A DNA stretch of 64,000 nt. It comes from Bdellovibrionia bacterium (GTDB taxonomy: Bacteria > Bdellovibrionota > Bdellovibrionia > Bdellovibrionales > JAGQZY01). Below, piece by piece: positions 26,881 to 36,169 of the stretch; position 1 is the stretch's first letter, and the number at the start of each line of letters is the position of its first letter. The position numbers and the translations under genes were made by a program. The notes under the pieces were generated by a model. The model searched no databases. It was not told where the DNA came from and was given only the letters and a program-made list of their open reading frames with translations. The stretch is from assembly GCA_030427805.1 (NCBI GenBank), contig JAUICP010000008.1, forward strand, positions 9,075 through 73,074, given 5' to 3'.

Positions 26881-29800
26881 CTAGGCTGCGCGCTCGGGGT
26901 CATCGTCATCATCGCTTGCGAGATCGAAGCTAAAGTCTTCGTCGTCGTCCTCAGAACTATTAGGAAGGGGAGGAGGGACAAAATCGTCATCCTCAGGATC
27001 TTCGTCTTGATGGCCAAAGGCATCCGCTTGGGTTTGTTCGAGGTTCATTTGATCAGGAGTGGGAGGTAAATCGTTTTCCTCTTCCGCCTCGTCGTCGTCA
27101 TTCATGCTTAAATCTTCATCAAATCCCTTAAAGCCATCAAGTTCTTGATGATAGGGGTTTTTCTCGAGGGGCGGTTTGGACACGACCTCGTCGCCATCAC
27201 TTGTGGGTTCATCGGGGAGTTCCAAAAAGCCTTTTTCATCTTCTTTTTCTGGTTGTGGCCCTATCTGTTCCTCGGCGGCAAGCGGCCTTTTCGGTTTCTC
27301 ACTCGCAAAGAGCTCTTTCGGTTCCTCGGCGGCAAGCGGTCTTTTCGGTTTCTCGCTAGCAAGGGGCTCTTCATCCGACTTCAATGTTACTTGGCTCGAG
27401 CTATGATTAGAGTTTACCCCACGAACTTCTTTAGTCTCAGATTTAGCTTTTGCTTCTTTTAATGGCTCTAAATCCCCATCGTGGTCATCCTCGTCGATCG
27501 GTGAGAGAAGGTGATTCTTAATTTCTTTCTTTCGCTCTTCTGCGGTCAAACGTGGTCTTCTTTGTTTTTCTCCGATCTCGATTTCCTTGGTAATTTCATC
27601 GTGATGGAAATTATTTTCTCGGCTCAGAGTGCCCTCATCGACGAGATCAATTCTCCGACGATCTTTCAGAGGCTTCAATTCTCTGGTTATGGTTTGCTCT
27701 TCTGCCTCTTCTTCGGTTGGATCGAAGTCACTAGCAGAATGGTCCTCGCTATTTATTTGACTCGAATGGCTCGGCGGATTCTGCTCTGCAAGAGTAGGGT
27801 CTTCGACTTCACTTGGTACTGGAATCTCGGCCAATTGCACATCATCTTTTTGCATCTGGGTGGTTGTATTGACGGTTTCTTCACTTAAGGTTGATTTTTG
27901 CACAGAATTTGTTTGATTAAAGAGGTCCGTCATTTTCTCAAGATTTCCTGTGCGACTCGTTTGAATCGAAAGGGTGTCTTCATCGACATCTTCGCTTTCG
28001 TCAACTTGCAGTTGAATGATACGGGTAGCAAGTTCAGAGCGTTCGTTAACGTCTAAGCTCTCCTCTGGCAAGTCGACATCGAGTACTGGCTTGTCTTCAG
28101 AATTCAGCGAAGGAATTTTAATCGTGTCGTCACTTTCTTGTTCTTGGCTTTTTGGTGACCCCATGGTCTGAGGATCGTAAAGGCTCGACTGGTTTCTGCC
28201 GCGATTTTTTGAGAGGTAGAGAGCTCGGTCCGCAAGCTTAATAAGCTCATCGACCTTGTCAGTATGCAGAGGGCAGGTTGCTATGCCCAGACTCATTGTG
28301 ACTTTGAGGGTACCACTGTCACTTTCGATATTTAAATTTTCGATGGCCTGCCTAATTCTTTCAGCTTGTTCGAATGCGCTTTGCTCTGGGGTATCTGGAA
28401 GTAGAACAACAAACTCCTCTCCACCATAGCGGGCAGGAATGTCTTGGTCTCTCGATTCGTTCTTGAGTGTTTGGGCAACTCTCTTTAAGACTTCATCTCC
28501 AAGGGCGTGACCGTAAGTATCGTTAAACTTTTTAAAATGATCGACGTCTCCAATGATGACAGAGGTCGGCGATTGGGTGAGGAGAGAGCTATTTACAGCC
28601 TTTTGCAACTGGGCTTTAAAGTAGCGTACATTATTTATTTGCGTTAGTGAGTCCGTGTTGCTCAGGGAGTGAAGTGTCAGGTTTTCTAAAGTGAGCGTCA
28701 TGTGACTTGCAATACCCATCAGAGAATCGACTTCGTCTTCGCTAAAGACTTCCAGTACATTTTGTTTTAGACACTGAAGCGCACCTATAACTTTGTTTCC
28801 GGCGCGAACGGGGATAATTAAAAACCCTTTAACATCTTGGGTCCCTGGCAGAGGGGAGGCCTTTGTGGGTGCATAACTTTGGTTCTGAAAGATAGATATC
28901 TTAATCATGTTCAATAGATTTGGAACTTCAAAGAGATCTCGGCAGTTTCGATCACTAAAGACCTTCATTCCCATATCGTTTTCAGAAACTTCACGGCTTT
29001 TTCTGTATTCGATTCGATCACCGGTGTCGTTGAGCATAAACAGTTCTATTTGCCGATAGCCAAACGACGAAATGATAATTTCCAAAATACTGTTTACGAT
29101 TTTATCTTTGTTCATCGACGCATTGGTGGAGTTTGAGATTTCTAAAAGTAGAGAGCTCTCAAAGAGTTTGCGATCTAAATCTTGATTCACTTTTCTTAGG
29201 GCGTCGGTTTGATTTCTGAGCTCTGCTGTGCGCTTCAGTTTTTCTTCGAGTTCGACCCTCAGTTTTTGCGTCATCCGATTAAATGTGGTGCCAAGCTCAC
29301 CAAACTCACCCTTGTCTTCTATTTGAATTTGCGTGTCGAGGTGACCCTCGGCAATTCTTCGCGCTCCTTCGGTCAAGAGTCGGATTGGTGAAGACAATTT
29401 TTTTGATAATTTATAGCCGACAAATATAGAAACTAGGAGAGAGGATACAAAGGTCAGAATCAAAATCAAATTGAGCGAGTTTCGTTCTTTGTTATACATT
29501 GTGTGAGGGACTAAGTTGACAAGATAGAAATTGCCCAGAGTGTTCCCTTGTTCATCATGTAAGAAGGGATGGCCTGTTATCGAGAATTTAAAGTCGGAAT
29601 ACTCTTGTTCTAAGTGAGTGCCAATGCTTTCCATTTTTGAAAGTGAAACTACCAGAGGTGTTTGAATGTCCTCAGATGAAATTTCGTGGAGCCAAGGAGT
29701 CTTCCCCTTTTCCCAAATGACGATGGCTACGTCACCACGAATGTATTTCTTTACACTGTTTAGAAATTCACCATCGAGTTCGTAGCCGCTCACAATGTAC

Positions 29801-30339
29801 TGGTATCCAGTTTCTCTGGTGATACGTTGTTCAAGGCGGTTGGCAGCCACAAAAAAGTACTTCGAGCCAATTTTTATAATATCTGTGGCAAAGTCGCCCC
29901 TTTCAGCTTTGCGAATGAGGCTGGGGCTACTAAACATTTGGTAGTTATTAGCGCCAGATTCAGCCAGGTACATATTGTTTTTGTCGACCACTGCGATGAG
30001 CCCGCTAAAAAGACTCGCTTTTTTGTTGGCAAGATATTGAGAAGTAAATTTAGTTTTTTCTCTGTAGTCTTTGCGAAGATAGTAGATCAGTGAAGGATCG
30101 GACTTGAGGTTTGCAATGTCAGTTCTCAGTAAATCGGCTTTTGAATTGATGACTTGTAAAAGGGATTCGCTATTAAATTCAAGGTCGTCTTGAATATTCT
30201 TGTTTACCTGTGCGTTGAATTTGTAGTGAACAAACGCAAAGGTAATAACTTGGATTCCTGTTATTAGAACCAAGAAAGGGACTAAGAGTTTTACGTGAAC
30301 TCCCAGTCTAAAAATGTCACTTTTAAAAAGTGATTTCAA
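26881..30339 (-). CDS. Membrane sensor diguanylate cyclase (periplasmic sensor, HAMP, GAF-like and GGDEF domains) with a roughly 440-aa acidic C-terminal extension
   Basis: Two TM segments flank a roughly 270-aa loop. The HAMP region is PIRLLTEGARRIAEGHLD. The GGDEF active site is RYGGEEFVVLL, with an RxxD I-site (RDQD) 5 residues upstream. The tail is rich in D, E, S and P. Confidence 0.9.
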   Translation of the reverse strand: MKSLFKSDIFRLGVHVKLLVPFLVLITGIQVITFAFVHYKFNAQVNKNIQDDLEFNSESLLQVINSKADLLRTDIANLKSDPSLIYYLRKDYREKTKFTSQYLANKKASLFSGLIAVVDKNNMYLAESGANNYQMFSSPSLIRKAERGDFATDIIKIGSKYFFVAANRLEQRITRETGYQYIVSGYELDGEFLNSVKKYIRGDVAIVIWEKGKTPWLHEISSEDIQTPLVVSLSKMESIGTHLEQEYSDFKFSITGHPFLHDEQGNTLGNFYLVNLVPHTMYNKERNSLNLILILTFVSSLLVSIFVGYKLSKKLSSPIRLLTEGARRIAEGHLDTQIQIEDKGEFGELGTTFNRMTQKLRVELEEKLKRTAELRNQTDALRKVNQDLDRKLFESSLLLEISNSTNASMNKDKIVNSILEIIISSFGYRQIELFMLNDTGDRIEYRKSREVSENDMGMKVFSDRNCRDLFEVPNLLNMIKISIFQNQSYAPTKASPLPGTQDVKGFLIIPVRAGNKVIGALQCLKQNVLEVFSEDEVDSLMGIASHMTLTLENLTLHSLSNTDSLTQINNVRYFKAQLQKAVNSSLLTQSPTSVIIGDVDHFKKFNDTYGHALGDEVLKRVAQTLKNESRDQDIPARYGGEEFVVLLPDTPEQSAFEQAERIRQAIENLNIESDSGTLKVTMSLGIATCPLHTDKVDELIKLADRALYLSKNRGRNQSSLYDPQTMGSPKSQEQESDDTIKIPSLNSEDKPVLDVDLPEESLDVNERSELATRIIQLQVDESEDVDEDTLSIQTSRTGNLEKMTDLFNQTNSVQKSTLSEETVNTTTQMQKDDVQLAEIPVPSEVEDPTLAEQNPPSHSSQINSEDHSASDFDPTEEEAEEQTITRELKPLKDRRRIDLVDEGTLSRENNFHHDEITKEIEIGEKQRRPRLTAEERKKEIKNHLLSPIDEDDHDGDLEPLKEAKAKSETKEVRGVNSNHSSSQVTLKSDEEPLASEKPKRPLAAEEPKELFASEKPKRPLAAEEQIGPQPEKEDEKGFLELPDEPTSDGDEVVSKPPLEKNPYHQELDGFKGFDEDLSMNDDDEAEEENDLPPTPDQMNLEQTQADAFGHQDEDPEDDDFVPPPLPNSSEDDDEDFSFDLASDDDDDPERAA
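27268..27375. repeat. 54-bp in-frame tandem duplication in the acidic tail of the GGDEF protein
   Basis: TTCCTCGGCGGCAAGCGG(C/T)CTTTTCGGTTTCTC... occurs twice, encoding (A/L)ASEKPKRPLAAEE twice. Confidence 0.85.
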
Positions 30340-30986
30340 CGATCCTCCTAAACGTACACAAAGATCAATAACTTATCGGATTTTCGAACTTTATCTATGA
30401 AGCATTTTCAGCTTTACTCGACTCAAAACCCGACTGTTTTGTTTCAAAGTGAGATGGTTTTGGCTTCCCTTTTTTAAAGGCTCTTGAGGGAAGCGTAAAT
30501 GTCACGATACTGAGAGATTTTGACCAAATTAGTGACGAGAAAATTTAATAAAATCCCTTTAAGTGGGGATCAAAAAACTAAAGTTATCGGAAGACTTCAA
30601 AGGCAAAAATTGGAATTGGTTTTGAAAATATTTTGAGAATTTAGTGAAGCTTCTAAAGCGAAAAATCTATTATCAATTTGTCTTATGGGTACCCAAAGAA
30701 CTACTAAGAATTCTTGTCTCAATTAAAACCTAGAGTCCAGTTCATCGTGAAGCACGGCTTCAAATCAATGTAACAAAATGTAAATTGCACTCTTTAAAAA
30801 TATTTTTTCTGGCGTCGAAGATTGAGCTGCGCTATATTTAAATTACCAAAAGCTCTATTGAGCGCGAAAGGAGGTGGTGCGTATGGCATTTGATAATTTT
30901 AGTAACCATACAACCATTAACCTGGAGGTTATCTGCTAATATCAAGCAAAATTAATGGTTAAATTTATTAGTTTATTAGTAACTAC

Positions 30987-31014
30987 AAAGGGCGGAGAAT
31001 TCTTCGCCCTTTGC
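30987..31014 (+). terminator. Stem-loop / possible terminator
   Basis: AAAGGGCG-GAGAATTCTT-CGCCCTTT has an 8-bp stem but is followed by only a weak T tract. Confidence 0.45.
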
Positions 31015-31072
31015 TAATTTAAGAGTGATATTTCTATTTACTTCTCTAAAAAAACTCACTACTTTCTCCTCC

Positions 31073-32095
31073 ATGAGAAACTTAACTTTAAGCGCTGTTG
31101 TTTTTTTATTTTGTTTATCGACTTACGCAGAATCGGTCAGTATTCTAAGTTTTAACGTCGAAAACCTGTTTGATACACTCGACGATAAAGATCGAAGTGA
31201 CGAATCATTTCTGCCACTTGAAACGAAAATTCAAAATGATTCCATCATTCAATCCTGTCTTCGGGTTCGCCGTTTTAAATGGAAAAAACAGTGTCTCTAT
31301 CTCGATTGGAGCGAAGAAAACTTAAAAGCTAAAATGACGAATATCGAGAAAGTCGTTCGCGCATCTAATAAGGGCAAGGGACCTGACATCATCGTCTTTC
31401 AAGAGGTTGAAAATCTGCGGGTCCTTACTCAATTGCGAGATCAACACTTAAAAGAGTGGAAACATATTGGCTTTATCGAAGGTTTTGATAAGAGGGGAAT
31501 TGACATTGCCGTTCTCTCTAAGAAGCCCTTGCAAGGAAAGCCACAGCTTCACAAAATACCTTTTAAAAAAATGAAAAAGGGACGAGTTAAAGATACTCGA
31601 GGCATTTTACAAGTAGAGTTTCAATTGGACGATCATACTCGGTTGGTCATTTTTGGGGTCCACCTTCCAGCTCCCTATCACCCTTATCATTTCCGAATTC
31701 AAGCCGTGGAGTTTTTGAACTCCTTGGTCGGCAAGCTCGACAAAAAAGATATTGCCGTTGCGATTGGCGATTTTAATATTCCACGAGATGAAGAGGAGAA
31801 AAGGAAAATATTGCGTGGAAGAATTGATCAATACTGGCAGGCTCCCCACCTTGAATACTGTAAAGATTGTAAGGGCACCACCTATTATCCCCCTAAAAAG
31901 TCTTGGTCGTTCTTGGACCTCGCTTTGGTCTCAAAGAGTCAAGGAAAGTGGAGTTTTGACCCCAAATCCTTTCGCGTAGAAAATGGTTTGAATTTGCAAA
32001 AGACTCCCGAATCTTATCCAAAGAGTTTTGACCCCAAGACTCAATCAGGTGTTTCAGACCACTTTCCCATACTCCTAGAGCTCCAGAAGTCTTGA
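31073..32095 (+). CDS. Secreted endonuclease/exonuclease/phosphatase (EEP) family protein
   Basis: The signal peptide is MRNLTLSAVVFLFCLSTYA. The N-terminal motif is SILSFNVENLFD and the C-terminal motif is GVSDHFPILLEL. I chose the ATG at 31073 over the GTG at 31025. Confidence 0.8.
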   Translation: MRNLTLSAVVFLFCLSTYAESVSILSFNVENLFDTLDDKDRSDESFLPLETKIQNDSIIQSCLRVRRFKWKKQCLYLDWSEENLKAKMTNIEKVVRASNKGKGPDIIVFQEVENLRVLTQLRDQHLKEWKHIGFIEGFDKRGIDIAVLSKKPLQGKPQLHKIPFKKMKKGRVKDTRGILQVEFQLDDHTRLVIFGVHLPAPYHPYHFRIQAVEFLNSLVGKLDKKDIAVAIGDFNIPRDEEEKRKILRGRIDQYWQAPHLEYCKDCKGTTYYPPKKSWSFLDLALVSKSQGKWSFDPKSFRVENGLNLQKTPESYPKSFDPKTQSGVSDHFPILLELQKS

Positions 32096-32127
32096 CAAAA
32101 CGACGCGTTTAGTCTAAGCCTAAGGTC

Positions 32128-32709
32128 TTGTCGAGGTATGTAATGAGAATCAATTTAACGGAAATTCCAGATGAAGGCCAAAGTTGGGAGTTCAGCGACC
32201 AGCTCAAAGAAAAGAAGGACGAAAAGCTTCCCGAATCGGTGAAGAGGCTCTTTGGTAAAAAGCCCTACAGCCTTCGACTTCGCCTCCTACCTATGCACTC
32301 AGGCTTTCAAGTGTCTGGAAATGCTGAATTTACCCATAGGCAACTCTGTAGCCAGTGTGGTGAAGATATTGATCTCGGGCATCAGTTTCGAATTAATGAA
32401 TTACTTCTTCCAAAAAGTGAGTTTTCTAGGGCCGATGACCGCACGACAACTGGAAATCATTCGATGGATTACCTCGCTGACGGGCCAGAGGTCAGTTATT
32501 TTGATCAAAAGATGTTTGATTTGGGTGAATACATTCACGAGATCGTACAAGCTCAGTTTGGTCCCTATCCCTCTTGTGAGGACAATGCCTGTCCCAATAA
32601 GGAGTTGGTATTGAAGAAGATCAACGAGTACAGCCAAGCCTTTGAAGAGCAAAAAGCTCCGGGGCATCCGGCCTTCGGCGCTCTAAAGGATCTTCTCAAA
32701 AGGCAGTAG
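32128..32709 (+). CDS. DUF177 / YceD-like protein
   Basis: The size, the acidic character and the CSQCGEDIDL ... C...C arrangement are typical of DUF177. The call is weak because rpmF/plsX are not adjacent. Confidence 0.45.
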   Translation: MSRYVMRINLTEIPDEGQSWEFSDQLKEKKDEKLPESVKRLFGKKPYSLRLRLLPMHSGFQVSGNAEFTHRQLCSQCGEDIDLGHQFRINELLLPKSEFSRADDRTTTGNHSMDYLADGPEVSYFDQKMFDLGEYIHEIVQAQFGPYPSCEDNACPNKELVLKKINEYSQAFEEQKAPGHPAFGALKDLLKRQ

Positions 32710-32830
32710 GCCCTAATTTCCTGGCATCTGGCATGCTGCGCATAAAGGGATCATTCTCAGGAATTCTTGTTAACAATTGAGCTAATTCATGGGATTCATT
32801 GCTTTTATCAAGTAATTAGACGGAGGTTCC

Positions 32831-33904
32831 ATGGGGGAAGCCCAGGCTTCTTTCAAGCAGGATATTGAGTTCTACCAGAAACACTTGGATCGAGTGAGTC
32901 GGAGTTTCGCCTTTTGTATCAAGCAACTCAATGGCGAATTTAGGGCCCAAGTCGGATTGAGTTATTTGGTTTTTAGGATTCTTGATACCATCGAAGACGC
33001 TCCTTGGGAGACCTTTTCGGAGCAAAAGAAAGCCTTTGATCACTTTAATGAAATCATGAAAACTCCTGAGTTTTTCCAGCGCCCGGGTGCGAATTCTGAT
33101 TACCTTGAATGGCTGGCTCTCTTTCCAAAAGATATACCTGAGTCGGAAATGGTTCTTCTCAAAGAAGGCCAAAGAGTTTTTTCGGATGTTCACAAGCAAC
33201 CGGAACAGGTGCGCCAACACATTCAAAACTGCTCCATCAATATGTCCAGAGGAATGGAATTCTATGCCTGTCGGGCCCAAGATCGTCCATTACGTTTAAA
33301 AGATATAAAAGATGTAAATCGTTATTGTTTTTTTGTAGCGGGAATTGTCGGTGAACTTTTAGAAGGTCTCTTTTTAAATGCTCATCCCGAAGAGAAAAAT
33401 CCCCAGGGACTAACAAAGGCTTTTCATTTTGGTCTATTCCTACAAAAGGTTAATATTCTGAAGGATCAACTTTCAGATGAAGAAGAAGGACGATTCTTGG
33501 TGCCAGAGAGAGATCTTATTAAGAAATCTTTGGTAGATAATGGTCGTAACGCTCTTGATTACATCCTAAGTCTACCTAAAGAAGCGGTCTCTTATCGCTT
33601 ATTTTGTGCATGGTCTTTGTTTATTGGTCTAGCTTCTTTACCGTTTATCGAGCAGAGCTTTGAGAGTAAGAAGTTTTTCAAGCTGCCGAGAATAAAGACC
33701 CAATTACTCATAGAAAAAGTTCGCGGCATCATTAAGAATAATGATCGCCTTCAGTCGCTTTTTAGCGAGTTGCTTGAGGGATCGCGATTTAGTGCTTCTC
33801 AACCACAATCTGTGGAGTCTCAGGTTCAAGAATTTCCTGAGTTTACCAACCTTTACAGTGGTCAGCTGGCCCCAGCTGATATTAAAAAGTTAGGCCTTAT
33901 TTAA
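32831..33904 (+). CDS. Squalene synthase-like (squalene/phytoene synthase family)
   Basis: RVSRSFAFCI, YLVFRILDTIED (the first Asp-rich motif), RYCFFVAGIVGELL and LQKVNILKDQLSDEEEGRFLVP match conserved blocks of squalene synthases. Confidence 0.8.
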   Translation: MGEAQASFKQDIEFYQKHLDRVSRSFAFCIKQLNGEFRAQVGLSYLVFRILDTIEDAPWETFSEQKKAFDHFNEIMKTPEFFQRPGANSDYLEWLALFPKDIPESEMVLLKEGQRVFSDVHKQPEQVRQHIQNCSINMSRGMEFYACRAQDRPLRLKDIKDVNRYCFFVAGIVGELLEGLFLNAHPEEKNPQGLTKAFHFGLFLQKVNILKDQLSDEEEGRFLVPERDLIKKSLVDNGRNALDYILSLPKEAVSYRLFCAWSLFIGLASLPFIEQSFESKKFFKLPRIKTQLLIEKVRGIIKNNDRLQSLFSELLEGSRFSASQPQSVESQVQEFPEFTNLYSGQLAPADIKKLGLI

Positions 33905-33983
33905 GCTAGACAAAGGCAAGGCTTCCGCCGATTGGTGGGTGAGTCTGAGTCAGTAATTAGATAGAATAGAGTCACTGTAAATT

Positions 33984-34670
33984 TTGGGGGCTCCATTGTC
34001 AGTCAGGCTGCTAAGTTTTAATTCTATTTTCGTCTTGGGACTCATTTTTATTGCAATGATTGCAGAAGCAAAGAAAGTTCCTTCAAAAGTTTATGACTTA
34101 CCCGATCTCGTAGCGATTCAAGATCGAGACTATTACCTCAGTCACGATTTAACTTTCAACGTCGGATGGCTACCTTCGGATGCCTTCAATAAGTACGCCG
34201 TGGGCGGGGTGAGTTATACCTATTTTTTAGAAGACTACATGGCGTGGGAAGTTGTGAATGTTCAGTATGCATTTCTTTTCGAAACGGATCTCAAGGGTGC
34301 TCTCGAAGAAAATTTTCCACTTGAAGTAGAAAACGTCGGTTTTCAGGGATTTCTTGATCCAATTACCTTTGTCGCGACAACCGCATTTCTCTATACGCCC
34401 ATGTATAATAAGAGCCTGCTCTTCAATTCATCGCTCTTTCGCAGCGAAACAAGTTTCCTAGTGCAAGCAGGTATTGCCAACTTTAAAAGAAATGAAACTC
34501 GGCCGCTCTTTGGTGCAGGCTTTATTTTTAGAGTTCTATTGAGTGAGGACCAGTCTTTGAAGTTTGATTTTAGACAAAGCTTTTATTTAGAGGCTGATCG
34601 AGGACTGACGAGTTTGATGTCTCTAATGGTCGGCTATTCATTTCAATTGGGAGAGGGCCCAGAGCAATGA
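33984..34670 (+). CDS. Putative outer-membrane beta-barrel protein (first gene of the motor cluster)
   Basis: There is a signal peptide and alternating aromatic/aliphatic strands (VGGVSYTYFL, AGFIFRVLL, LMVGYSFQL). An ATGA overlap couples it to the next gene. The start codon is uncertain (TTG). Confidence 0.4.
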   Translation: MGAPLSVRLLSFNSIFVLGLIFIAMIAEAKKVPSKVYDLPDLVAIQDRDYYLSHDLTFNVGWLPSDAFNKYAVGGVSYTYFLEDYMAWEVVNVQYAFLFETDLKGALEENFPLEVENVGFQGFLDPITFVATTAFLYTPMYNKSLLFNSSLFRSETSFLVQAGIANFKRNETRPLFGAGFIFRVLLSEDQSLKFDFRQSFYLEADRGLTSLMSLMVGYSFQLGEGPEQ

Positions 34671-36169
34671 GGGCCAGTTTAGTTTGTATCTTCACCTCTC
34701 TGGCTTTGCTGTCGTTTGCCTTTGGGCAAACACCAACTCCTAGTCCGAGTCCTGAGAGCAAAAGTCGCGACACTTCTAAACCACAAGCAAAAAGCCAAGA
34801 GGTTAAGACACCCTATTCGTATATCCCTACTAATGAAAAGTTTTGGAACAAAATGAAAGAGCTTTGGGATGAAAAGAAATATAAATTTGCAATTGAGCAA
34901 GCGAGTAAAAGAGTTGGTGACCTGCAGACCAACCAACAAAAAGAAGCTCTTCTCGCCGTTGGAATTAGCTTGCGCAATGCTGGCTATCCGGCATCGGCGG
35001 GACTCGTCCTACTAGAAACTCTCAAAAATTCAATTGGTTCGGCGATTAGTGAGCTCAGCCTAGTTCACCTTGACGAACTTTACCGTAGGGACATGGTTCA
35101 TCAGGCTTTCTTAGATGATGTGATTGTTGCGACTGCTGTCGAAAGCACCCACTGGGCCAATCAAGCTTTCATCGGGAAGCTTCGTTCGAGCTATGCACTC
35201 AAGTTTGGATTAGTTGACTGGTATAAAAAAGAAGTAGAGAAAGTCGTCGAAGAAAGTTATTGGGCTAAATACTATCAGTACTTAAAGGCGCTGAGTCTAA
35301 TAACTCGCGGTGAAGTCGAAAAAGGTTACTCACTCATAGGAGAAATGTATGAGGACGAAACCATTGTTGACCCCCTAAAGCAAAAAATCGGTTTGCAACA
35401 AGCACGAATTTTGTTTGAGAAAAGAGAGTTCGAAAAGGCATTAGGGATCTATCAAAAATTGGAATTGCCATTGCGAGAGTGGGGGCGAAGTCTCTATGAG
35501 CAAGCGTGGGCTCTTTATTACCTCAAACGATATGACAAAGCCTTGGGAGTCTTGCAAGCAGCAAAAACCAAGTACTTTTCAGCTTCTCCGAGTTTAGAAA
35601 GTCACCTTTTAGAAATCATTATTTTCAAGGACCTCTGTCACTATAAAAGAGTTGATCTTTTGGCCAAGGATTTTAGAACTTTTTATAAGGATGCCTTTCG
35701 AGCGATTCGCAAAAGACAAGATTTAGGTGGAGTGCCTACCTTGGCCAGGATTTCATTGTTAAACAACTATCTGCAGGATGAGGCCAATCTAGCCTCTCAA
35801 GTGCGAAAAGAAAAGAATACCCTCAAAGAGCTGAGCAAATCTTTTACCCAATATAAAGGATTAGTGAATGAGCTAGGGCTTTTGGAGTCTGAAATTCAAG
35901 AAGCACTTAACATTGAAGTTCAAAGTAGTGCCCGCGGGGTTGCCAATGAGCTTCTCGATATTGAAGAGCAAATTCTATTTCTAGAATATACGGCCAAACT
36001 TGATGCCCTGAGAATTGCTGCGATAACCAATGAAAAGCCCTATGCTTCAGAGGAGAAGCCGACGACGAGTTTTGATCGCTTTTACTGGCCAGTGGATCGC
36101 GAAAAGTGGCTCGATGAGCTTAAAGATTACAAAGTTCTAATAAAGAGTAAGTGTTTTGATAAAAAGTAA
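34667..36169 (+). CDS. Secreted TPR-like repeat protein (GltE/AglT-like?)
   Basis: There is a signal peptide. Helical repeats show the TPR-like pattern A..Y...G.Y..A (e.g. FEKALGIYQKL, YDKALGVLQAA). Confidence 0.5.
   Translation: MRASLVCIFTSLALLSFAFGQTPTPSPSPESKSRDTSKPQAKSQEVKTPYSYIPTNEKFWNKMKELWDEKKYKFAIEQASKRVGDLQTNQQKEALLAVGISLRNAGYPASAGLVLLETLKNSIGSAISELSLVHLDELYRRDMVHQAFLDDVIVATAVESTHWANQAFIGKLRSSYALKFGLVDWYKKEVEKVVEESYWAKYYQYLKALSLITRGEVEKGYSLIGEMYEDETIVDPLKQKIGLQQARILFEKREFEKALGIYQKLELPLREWGRSLYEQAWALYYLKRYDKALGVLQAAKTKYFSASPSLESHLLEIIIFKDLCHYKRVDLLAKDFRTFYKDAFRAIRKRQDLGGVPTLARISLLNNYLQDEANLASQVRKEKNTLKELSKSFTQYKGLVNELGLLESEIQEALNIEVQSSARGVANELLDIEEQILFLEYTAKLDALRIAAITNEKPYASEEKPTTSFDRFYWPVDREKWLDELKDYKVLIKSKCFDKK

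Noticed and set aside
26450-30864. A shared 12-mer, GCTCTATTGAGC, occurs in the gpmA terminator (about 26455) and upstream of the micro-ORF (about 30851).
   Set aside because: Two occurrences of a short hairpin-forming 12-mer can be coincidental, and the flanks are unrelated.
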